Part shown: positions 10,269-17,861 of the stretch, piece after piece
Layout: each line of letters opens with the position of its first letter
Position numbering within the stretch: the first letter of the stretch is position 1
Assembly: GCA_013152275.1 (NCBI GenBank)
Contig: JAADGS010000081.1
Span: 1 to 49,871 of the forward strand
Direction of reading: 5' to 3'
DNA: 49,871 nt
DNA from: Actinomycetota bacterium
Lineage (GTDB): Bacteria > Actinomycetota > Acidimicrobiia > Spongiisociales > UBA4744
Program-made: the position numbers and the translations under genes
Notes under the pieces: generated by a model
Told to the model about the DNA's origin: nothing
Databases searched by the model: none
What the model saw: only the letters and a program-made list of their open reading frames with translations

Positions 10269-10915
10269 TACGGCTGCGCTCCATCGTCATGCCGGACGAG
10301 CGTCACGGAGGCTCGTTGCTCCTCCAGCCAGGAACGGTAGGCCTGCTCCTTCCTGTCTTTTTCGAGCTGGTCCCGAATGTCATTCTTCACTTCGAGCAAC
10401 GGCTGGTCTCCGAAGTCGCCTTTGTGCGCCTCGTAGTACGCGGCTATCTCGTCGTCGGACACCGAGACATCCTTCACGATTTCGGCGAACACGAGCGATC
10501 CCACGAGCTGAAGTCTGATGCGCCGCTTCAGCTCCCTCCGATCGAGTCCGAGGTTCTCCATCCAGGCTTTGAACTCCTTGGGTGAATCGAACTTACTCTG
10601 CATGGAGTCGAACTCCGCATCCACGTCTTTTGCGGACACGTCGATGCCGACCCGTTCGGCCTCCTGTTCGATGATGATGTCGTCCACGAGCGATTGAAGG
10701 GCCATCTCACGCCACTGTTGGGGATCCGTGACGGCTCCACCGTGCATCGACGTGAGGGTCGAGAGTCTCCGATCCAACTCGGAGCGGTGAATTGGCACGC
10801 CGTTGGCCTCGGCAACAACAGGACCGGATCGCAGCAGCGTGGTGGCTGCAAACGCGATCCCGACCGCGATGGCGACGGCAACGGCCGAGAGGATCAGGAT
10901 GGTTCGGCGTTTCAC
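10268..10915 (-). CDS. SurA/PrsA N-terminal-domain foldase (no parvulin domain seen)
   Basis: Signal/TM segment, VAEANGVPI, LQSLVDDIIIEQEA..GI.VS, VSDDEIAAYYEAHK, PLLEVK.DIR. Confidence 0.85.
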   Translation of the reverse strand: MKRRTILILSAVAVAIAVGIAFAATTLLRSGPVVAEANGVPIHRSELDRRLSTLTSMHGGAVTDPQQWREMALQSLVDDIIIEQEAERVGIDVSAKDVDAEFDSMQSKFDSPKEFKAWMENLGLDRRELKRRIRLQLVGSLVFAEIVKDVSVSDDEIAAYYEAHKGDFGDQPLLEVKNDIRDQLEKDRKEQAYRSWLEEQRASVTLVRHDDGAQP

Positions 10916-11763
10916 GGTTCTCCTTGTGTTTTTGATTTGCGCGGGAAAGCCGGCAGGTCACGGAGAGGGATCTTCCCGCCGGCATGGCAGGCGTCCGAGC
11001 ACCAGCGGGTCGTGTGACAGCTCGTGCAGGGACCTTGGGTAGGTTGGACAGTCGAAGTGCCGTGCGTCGCCACCCAATCCTCGGGATGCGAGACGTCGTG
11101 GCAGGCCTCGCACGTTGCCCGCTTGTGACAGGCGGCACAGGCGCCCGGGTCGCTGCCGTCGAACGGTGCCGCATCGACGAGGCCTCCGTGATGATCCCCG
11201 ATGGTACCTGGGAGATGGCACGTGTCACAGTCGGGCGTCGCCGGTCTCGGGTAGCCGAACAGGAAGAAGTGCCCCACGGATCCGGGTGTGTGACAGGTGT
11301 CGCAGAGTGATGGATCTTTCACATCGTGACAATCGGCGCAGGTGTCTTCGGGTGGAGGCAGTGGTTCGGGGTGGAGCGTGTCGGTATGGCAGGTCGCACA
11401 GGCGACACCCAATGAGGCGTGCTCGGCATGGTTCAACAAGAGATCGCCGAAGCGGCGCTGCTGCGCGTAGTCGGCGTGGCACTCCAGGCAGGAAGCGAAG
11501 TCCTGGTCGGCCGAGGGTGCCGGACGGAGTTTCCACAAGGGTTGCACCCAGTTGTCGAACAGCGACGAGCTCCACGAGATTGCCCGCTCGGGGATTCCGG
11601 AGCTGGTGTCCGTTCCGCTCCATGTCGCTGCCGCGCGCTCGACGGTTATCCCCAGGTCGTCGCGGAACGTGGGCGACACGGAGATCGCGATGATCAAGGC
11701 ACCCTCGATGAGAATGAGGATGAGGGCTGCAAGCGCAACCAGGAGTGCTCTTCGTGAGGTCAC
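10912..11763 (-). CDS. Membrane-anchored multiheme cytochrome c (8 CxxCH + 1 CxxxCH)
   Basis: TM anchor; CLECH, CATCH, CADCH, CDTCH x2, CAACH, CEACH, CTSCH, CSDACH. Confidence 0.92.
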   Translation of the reverse strand: MTSRRALLVALAALILILIEGALIIAISVSPTFRDDLGITVERAAATWSGTDTSSGIPERAISWSSSLFDNWVQPLWKLRPAPSADQDFASCLECHADYAQQRRFGDLLLNHAEHASLGVACATCHTDTLHPEPLPPPEDTCADCHDVKDPSLCDTCHTPGSVGHFFLFGYPRPATPDCDTCHLPGTIGDHHGGLVDAAPFDGSDPGACAACHKRATCEACHDVSHPEDWVATHGTSTVQPTQGPCTSCHTTRWCSDACHAGGKIPLRDLPAFPRKSKTQGEP

Positions 11764-12563
11764 GGCTTGTCTCCCATCTGGAAGAGACGCTGCTCACGGT
11801 GCACGGCGTGGCGCGCATGGCACGCCTCACATTCCACCCGTTCGTGGCACGTCGTACACGCTGCGGTACCTGTGATCTCGACGCTGCGATAGTGCTCGGC
11901 AAGCCACGTGTCGGCATGGGGGATGTCTGTGCCGTGGCATCCCGCGCAATACGAAGGCTGATGGCAGAGTTCGCACGCGTCGACTCCGACGGTCTGCTGT
12001 ACGGATCCGTGGGTTGTCTGCCAGTCGGCGGGATGCGGTATCTGGACGCGAACGTGGCACGCGGTGCAGAACTTCGGCGTATCGTGGCACGCCGCGCACT
12101 CATCGGGAGCATCGAGCGCCGCGGCCCCATGGGTGAAGGTGAACTGGTCTGGATGTGGTCCGGACTGGAGGTCGACCTCCAGGTGGGCGGTGTTGCCGTG
12201 ACACGTGGTGCAGTCGGCTTCTGCTTTGGGATGGTGCTCCATCTCGGCGAGATCGTGACACGTCGTGCAGGGTTCGGAGGCCAGCACGTCTTGGGCGAGG
12301 TTCAGGCCTGTCGCCTTGGCCGCCAGCTCGCGCGGCAGCGTCGGCAGGTACTCGATGACACCCAGAAGCCCTGGGCGCGTATGACAGGCCAGGCAGGGCA
12401 CCTGATCGTGCACCGCCACGGCGGCGGATGCCGTCGCGGTTTCGTGGCAGGAGCCGCAGAACGACTGTGACGCCGGAGCCCTGGTCAGTCCCGAGAGCAG
12501 CACGATTGCCACGACGCCGCCCAGTACGGGGAGCCACCACTTGATCTTGAACCGGCGCGCCAT
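11760..12563 (-). CDS. Decaheme cytochrome c with a NapC/NirT-like N-terminal module
   Basis: TM helix then FCGSCH..H..V.CLACH; 10 CxxCH motifs; C-terminal HP..W...H repeats. Alternative GTG start at 12569. Confidence 0.9.
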   Translation of the reverse strand: MARRFKIKWWLPVLGGVVAIVLLSGLTRAPASQSFCGSCHETATASAAVAVHDQVPCLACHTRPGLLGVIEYLPTLPRELAAKATGLNLAQDVLASEPCTTCHDLAEMEHHPKAEADCTTCHGNTAHLEVDLQSGPHPDQFTFTHGAAALDAPDECAACHDTPKFCTACHVRVQIPHPADWQTTHGSVQQTVGVDACELCHQPSYCAGCHGTDIPHADTWLAEHYRSVEITGTAACTTCHERVECEACHARHAVHREQRLFQMGDKP

Positions 12564-12569
12564 GGCCAC

Positions 12570-13382
12570 CTACTTGTCGGTCTGGGGGTGGCGAGGCCGG
12601 TCGGCCTCCAGATTCTCTTCCCCGGTCGTGTGGCAGCGTACGCAGGTGGCGGGTTGGTGACAGGAAAAACAGGTGTTGTTGGCGGAAGTCTGGACGACGC
12701 TCGGGTGGGTCGCCTTCCAGGAGACGTCTGCACCGCCTTGGGGATGGTGGCAGGCGTCGCAATCGTCCCGGGATCTCGATGCTTCCAGCTGATGGCACTT
12801 GGCACAGGTTTCTGGTCCCGCCTCGAAGAACGCGAGCGGGTGGGTGCTGGTGGCCCAGTCTGCAGGATGAGGTATCTCGACCCCGTGGCAGGCCGTGCAG
12901 AATTGTGTCGTGTCGTGGCAGAGCGTGCAGCTCTCCGCGTTCGCCTGAAGGCCCACTCCGTGTTCGGTCGCCCATCGGTCCGCATGGCTGCGCGGAGACG
13001 GGATGAACGAGAGGCTATGGCATAAGGTGCAGCGGCCGGGGGCGAAGGCGGCGGGCGTCTGACCATGACACGCGAAGCAGCGATCCATGGAGGGAGTGAC
13101 CCCATGGTCGGCAGGGTCGTGGCACTGGGAGCAGTTGGCATTCGAAACCGCGAAATGCGCCTTGTGGGTGAACGTGGGGAGAGGGGCGACGTCGCCCGCC
13201 GTCAGGGATTTGTCGAGGTTCTCGTGGCACTGAGAGCACTCCTTGAAGGCCGGCAGATCTGCGGCGGCCGGAGGGCTCGTCGAGGTTGGTGAAGCCGTCT
13301 CCACCTGCTGGCGCTGAAGGAGGAACCATCCTCCAACCGCAGCGAGGAGAATCAACACGGCGACGGTGAGCTTGCGCGCCAT
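12570..13382 (-). CDS. Membrane-anchored decaheme cytochrome c
   Basis: TM/signal segment, S/T/P-rich linker, 10 CxxCH motifs, c3/c7-like FTH.AH motif. Confidence 0.92.
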   Translation of the reverse strand: MARKLTVAVLILLAAVGGWFLLQRQQVETASPTSTSPPAAADLPAFKECSQCHENLDKSLTAGDVAPLPTFTHKAHFAVSNANCSQCHDPADHGVTPSMDRCFACHGQTPAAFAPGRCTLCHSLSFIPSPRSHADRWATEHGVGLQANAESCTLCHDTTQFCTACHGVEIPHPADWATSTHPLAFFEAGPETCAKCHQLEASRSRDDCDACHHPQGGADVSWKATHPSVVQTSANNTCFSCHQPATCVRCHTTGEENLEADRPRHPQTDK

Positions 13383-13388
13383 CGTCGA

Positions 13389-13796
13389 CTAGGCCTCCAT
13401 TCCTGTGCTTCCGTCCAGAAGGTCGCCGAAGCTGACATCGAAGGCTTCGATGATCGCACGCTGGGCTCGAGCACATACGGGCTTGAGCGCACAGTCGTCG
13501 CTCCGGTCGCAGCTGCACGGATCTCCGACGCAGTAGTTGACCGTGAAAGGGCCTTGGATGGCCTCGATGACTTCGAGGACGGTGATTGAAGCAGGTGAGC
13601 GAGCCAGTGTCACACCACCGCCGACACCACGCCGAGTGGTGACGATGCCCGCCCGAGCCAAGGTGGAGACGATCTTGCCGAGAAACGCCGTCGGCACACC
13701 TTGTGCCTCCGCGATCTCGCCGGTGCCTGCGTGCCCGCGCCGGGCGATTTCCAAAACGCACCGCAGCGCGTAATCAACCTCGCGGGTCATCACCAT
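13389..13796 (-). CDS. Rrf2-family transcriptional regulator, probably Fe-S binding
   Basis: REVDYALR, EIA..Q.VP.AFL.KI..L..AGIV...RG.GGG, IT.LEVIEAI.G, Cys cluster CVGDPCSCDRSDDC; GGAG RBS upstream. Confidence 0.93.
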   Translation of the reverse strand: MVMTREVDYALRCVLEIARRGHAGTGEIAEAQGVPTAFLGKIVSTLARAGIVTTRRGVGGGVTLARSPASITVLEVIEAIQGPFTVNYCVGDPCSCDRSDDCALKPVCARAQRAIIEAFDVSFGDLLDGSTGMEA

Positions 13797-14065
13797 GATG
13801 AGTCTCCAACCTCTGCATATCAGTCCTGACGGCGTATCGGACATCAGGGAGCCTAGGTCGGCTGCTCCGGACGGAGCAAGACCGAAGGACCCCGATGTGG
13901 GATCAACGGACCTTCCATGTCGTTGAACACTCCGTGTGTTCGGGAGCCGGTGACCGGGAACCGGATGGTGGTCATGAGGTTCCGGCCACGAGTATGCCAG
14001 GACTCGACCGTGACGGTTCGATGCCGGCCTTCGCCGGCCGGCACACTCTTGGATGGCCGTTGCCT

Positions 14066-16429
14066 TCAAAAGTTGCTGCTCCCGTGATAGTGGCACTTCG
14101 TGCACGCGCCGGGGTTCCGCGAGTGCCTCATGGGGAAGCCACCATGACAGACGAAACAGAAGTTCTGCGCGAAGTCGGACCACGAGACCCATAGCGCGTC
14201 GAAGTTGGTGAGCGTTCCGGTCCGTGCACCGTTGGGACTCACCATGTTCTCTTTCAGCATGTAGGCGTTGGAGGAACCGTGGAAGTCATGGCACGCGGTG
14301 CAGGCGAGATTGCCGGAGCCGTTGGGACCGTGCCTCGCACTGTTGTTCCAGTTCGCGGCGGTGAACCTGTCGTGCGGACGTCCGTCGGCGTCGGTGGACG
14401 CGGTGTCATCGACGAGCCGGATGTCGTACGGAACGGTCGCTCCTGCAGAGATCGGAGCGGTCGTCGTGGGATCGATGTGGCACTTTTCGCAGAACGAGGC
14501 GATGTCACCTCGGGTGAGATCGGCCGATCCGGTATCCCAGTTGACGATCCACTTGGTGGTGATGTCGGAGGGATCGACCAGCTTGGACGTCGAGGCGCCA
14601 TCGTTTTGATCCGCGAGGTGAGGGTTATGGCAGGAGACGCACTCGACCTGACGTGTGCCCCCGTCCTGGTCGGCGGCCGCGATTGGATGGTGGTAGATCC
14701 TGATCGGATTCCCATCGGCCGTTGTCGTGTCGTTGACGGCGGCGGCGAATGCGTCATAGGGATTGGTGCCTCCGGACGTGTTCGGCGTGGTGGAGGTGTG
14801 ACAGGTGAAGCAGGTCTGCTCCTCGTCGGCGATGGTGAGAGCGTTGAAGTCGGATCCATGGGGTTGATGGCACTCGAGGCACTGGATCTCTGCCTTCGCC
14901 GGGTCCTTCGCTATCAGCAAACCGTGGGCGCTGGCGTCGAATGGGCTGTAGTCCCATCCCTTCAGACCCGGGTAGGGCGCTCCCGACCCGTGGCACGTGT
15001 AGCAGTAGGTGTTGCCGATGGGAGATGCCGTGGGGGAGTAGAGCCATGTGCTGCCGTTCCACACCCGGAGCAACTCGGTCATCTCGGATCGGAGCCTGTG
15101 TGGCGTGTGGCAGTCGGTGCAGGTGAGTTCGTAGCCGTCCGTGGCTGTGGGTACGGGATGGTATGACGTCTTCGTGGACGCTCCGATGACGCTCTCTCCG
15201 AATGCGGACTTGATGTCGGTCGAAGCACCGGTGCCGTCGTGGCACTGATAGCAGGTTTCTTTCTCGGTGGGCCGGGCGAACAGGTGGATCGGTGCGGAGG
15301 CTCCGTGGACGCTGTGGCAGTTCTGGCAGAGATTGGTCGAATCGGAGTATCCCCCATGAGGGTCGGTCACAGACGCCGCTGCATACAGTGACAAGTGGGC
15401 CATCTGCACGGTCACGGTGCCGGCGGCCACGTCGACACTGGCGGCGCCGGTGGTGACCCACCGATCCGAGGACCACACTTGGACAACGGTCGTGTCTTCG
15501 GGGTATCCGGAGGGCAGCGGGTATTCGGGGGGAATCTCGAAGGCGAGGGCAAGGGTGGCCGGTGCCGACGGGTCGAACCGTGTGCCGGACGGACCGAGTT
15601 CGAAGGAACGGGAGACCAGTGTCCGGTTCGTGTTCGCATCGGGCGGGTGGGGGATCTGGCGGATCGTGAACACGGTGTCCGAGTCCACTGCGCCGGCTGG
15701 AATGTGGAGGGCCACGGTGCCTGTCGTCGGCACCAGATCACCGCCCTCGGGTCCCACCGTCTGTGCCATGGCGACATTGTCCGACGAGACCACGGATGAT
15801 GGATTGCTCCGATTGCCGGCAAGATCGATGGCGATGACTCTGTAGGAGTAGATACCCGGCGCCGGAGGCACGTCCCGCAGCTCGGGGACGGCTGTCGTGG
15901 AGAGATCGGTCCACGGACCGCGTGCGTCTGCCGACCGCTGAACGAGCCAGGTCACCACGTCGGGGTCGTCGGGTTCAGACCATCTCACCCAGTTGTCCCG
16001 TGCGGCCGTGGCGGACACGTCCTGCGGGGATGCCGGCGGCCCGTCGTCGTTCCCCTGACGCTGTGATACCACACGGACGGTGAAGACCTTCTCGTAGTCG
16101 GGAGCGCTGACCGAGAGTTGGTAACGGCCCGCCGGTACCTCGGCCCCCGTTGCGGTGCGTCCTCTCCACGTGAACGCATAGTTGCCCTCGACCGTATGGA
16201 CCCATTGGAAGACGGGGGTTCCGCCCTCGGCTCGCACGGCAAACGTCACCGGCATCGCGGCCTGCGTCCGTACACGGACGGTTGCCCAATCGTGACTCGG
16301 AGCGACCACCGTGGTGTTGCGCGCGGACACCGTCGGGACGGTTCCAGGAGCCGTGACCATGGCTGTGGCAACAAGAGCGATAGCCAGGTAGAACATAGGG
16401 CCCAGAACTCCAGACCATTTTGGTCGCAT
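14066..16429 (-). CDS. Secreted 11-heme cytochrome c with N-terminal Ig/Fn3/ZU5-like domains
   Basis: Hydrophobic signal; W.GR...G..VPAGRY (FlgD-Ig-like); YSYRVIAID.AGN.S (Fn3-like); GPEGG..L.IPAGA..ELGPSG (ZU5-like); then PHGGYS and 11 CxxCH. Start 16429 or 16396. Confidence 0.9.
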   Translation of the reverse strand: MRPKWSGVLGPMFYLAIALVATAMVTAPGTVPTVSARNTTVVAPSHDWATVRVRTQAAMPVTFAVRAEGGTPVFQWVHTVEGNYAFTWRGRTATGAEVPAGRYQLSVSAPDYEKVFTVRVVSQRQGNDDGPPASPQDVSATAARDNWVRWSEPDDPDVVTWLVQRSADARGPWTDLSTTAVPELRDVPPAPGIYSYRVIAIDLAGNRSNPSSVVSSDNVAMAQTVGPEGGDLVPTTGTVALHIPAGAVDSDTVFTIRQIPHPPDANTNRTLVSRSFELGPSGTRFDPSAPATLALAFEIPPEYPLPSGYPEDTTVVQVWSSDRWVTTGAASVDVAAGTVTVQMAHLSLYAAASVTDPHGGYSDSTNLCQNCHSVHGASAPIHLFARPTEKETCYQCHDGTGASTDIKSAFGESVIGASTKTSYHPVPTATDGYELTCTDCHTPHRLRSEMTELLRVWNGSTWLYSPTASPIGNTYCYTCHGSGAPYPGLKGWDYSPFDASAHGLLIAKDPAKAEIQCLECHQPHGSDFNALTIADEEQTCFTCHTSTTPNTSGGTNPYDAFAAAVNDTTTADGNPIRIYHHPIAAADQDGGTRQVECVSCHNPHLADQNDGASTSKLVDPSDITTKWIVNWDTGSADLTRGDIASFCEKCHIDPTTTAPISAGATVPYDIRLVDDTASTDADGRPHDRFTAANWNNSARHGPNGSGNLACTACHDFHGSSNAYMLKENMVSPNGARTGTLTNFDALWVSWSDFAQNFCFVCHGGFPMRHSRNPGACTKCHYHGSSNF

Positions 16430-16667
16430 ATGCACGGAAACCCCTCGGCTTGCTGGCCGCGGGCAGTGTACCTGCACGGTGTTCTCGCTGCCACCCTCCG
16501 TGTTGACGCCCCCCCTGCGAAGAGGCTATATTTGCACCATAAGAGGACACCATTCCATGGGGTTATTTTGGAGTGAAAAAGTCGGATTTACGAAGAGGTA
16601 GGGTCCGAGAAGGGATTTGGGGTATGCTGCCGACAGGCGGTATGCCACCGAGAGACGGGAGGCCATT

Positions 16668-17715
16668 GTGAGAGGGAAGTGGAGAATCTGGCTGCTGGCA
16701 TGTCTGGGAGCCGTATTCATCCTTGCGCTTGGATCAGCCGCTTCGGCACAGCCGGAGCAAGCCGACCCAGTCGGAACCAACGTGGCGCCTCACGGGGGGT
16801 ACTCGTCGTTGACCAACCAATGTCTGCAGTGCCACGATGTGCATGACGCTGCCGGACAGTATGCCTTGATGGAAAAGGCGAGCGTCAGCGCAGTGTGCAA
16901 CACGTGTCACGCGCCCGGCAGCACGACCGCGCCGACCGGTGGTCCGGGCGGCGGTATCACGGGGACCGTGTCCTCGCGAGCGGTGTACACGGAAACGGGT
17001 GGCAGCGAACACACCCCGGGTGTGAATAACATCGATGGCAATACGTTGACCCAGTCTGCATGGTCCTATCCCGGGCCGCCGACTGGTAACTCGGGGGTTG
17101 CCGCAGGCATCGGAACGACGAGCGACACCGACGGTGGTCTCTACTGTGCGTCGTGTCACACGCCGCACGGTACGTTTGGCCAGGTCGTGAACGACTGGAC
17201 GAAGGCGGCCGATGAAGGCACGTCGATCTCGGTCGACAACGGCGGGGCACCGCTGATTTGGACCACCAAGTGGCTCGACTACGACGAGAGATGCGTGGGC
17301 GTTCTGCGCCAACTCGGGTGACGTCATCACGGCAACCGGCGGCAACGAGTCCTGCATGAGCGCAGGCACCAGCGGTTCGTCGTGGGCGACGGTGCTGGAT
17401 GCCGCAGGCGTGACCAAGTCACTGTTTGCGTACAACCTGCTGTCTGCCGGTCCGAACCATCAGTACTCCCCGGGACAGGCGACATTCAGGACCGTGAACG
17501 AAGGTACCGACGTATATGACTGGTGTGCGACTTGCCATACGAGCAAGGTAGATACGGCGCACAACCACTACACGACGTGCTACGCGTGTCACGGGAATCC
17601 GAGCAACGATGTGAATTCGGACGACTTCCCGCATACGAGCACCGCCGACACCTTGTTGAAGGAGTATCCGGACGGGTTGTGTCTGAACTGTCATACATCG
17701 GGCAGCTTGCCATAG
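16668..17715 (+). pseudogene. Secreted hexaheme cytochrome c, split by one frameshift at about 17286-17289 (real lesion or sequence error)
   Basis: GGAGG RBS and GTG 16668, signal peptide ..AASA. CLQCH, CNTCH, CASCH in frame 1; CATCH, CYACH, CLNCH in the +1 frame, which is open from 17290 (DAWAFCANSG..). Confidence 0.85.
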
Positions 17716-17743
17716 CCGACCCGGACTGAACAGACGAGAAGAG

Positions 17744-17775
17744 AACGTGGGGCGGGAGGTTTCCCGCCCCACGTT
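17744..17775 (+). terminator. Stem-loop, probable intrinsic terminator of the hexaheme gene
   Basis: AACGTGGGGCGGGA-ggtt-TCCCGCCCCACGTT, a perfect 14-bp stem 28 nt after the stop. Confidence 0.75.
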
Positions 17776-17861
17776 TCGCGTCGTCATCCCGGTTGGAGCC
17801 CGACAGGGAGTCCATGGGTGTCGGTAGGATGAGCGGGGGTCGGCTCAGTCGAGGAGGATTC

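Noticed and set aside
16430..16667. c-di-GMP/c-AMP-GMP (GEMM) riboswitch upstream of the cytochrome genes
   Set aside because: I could not identify the GEMM consensus on either strand; the region looks like an AT-richer divergent promoter. An Infernal/Rfam scan would settle it.
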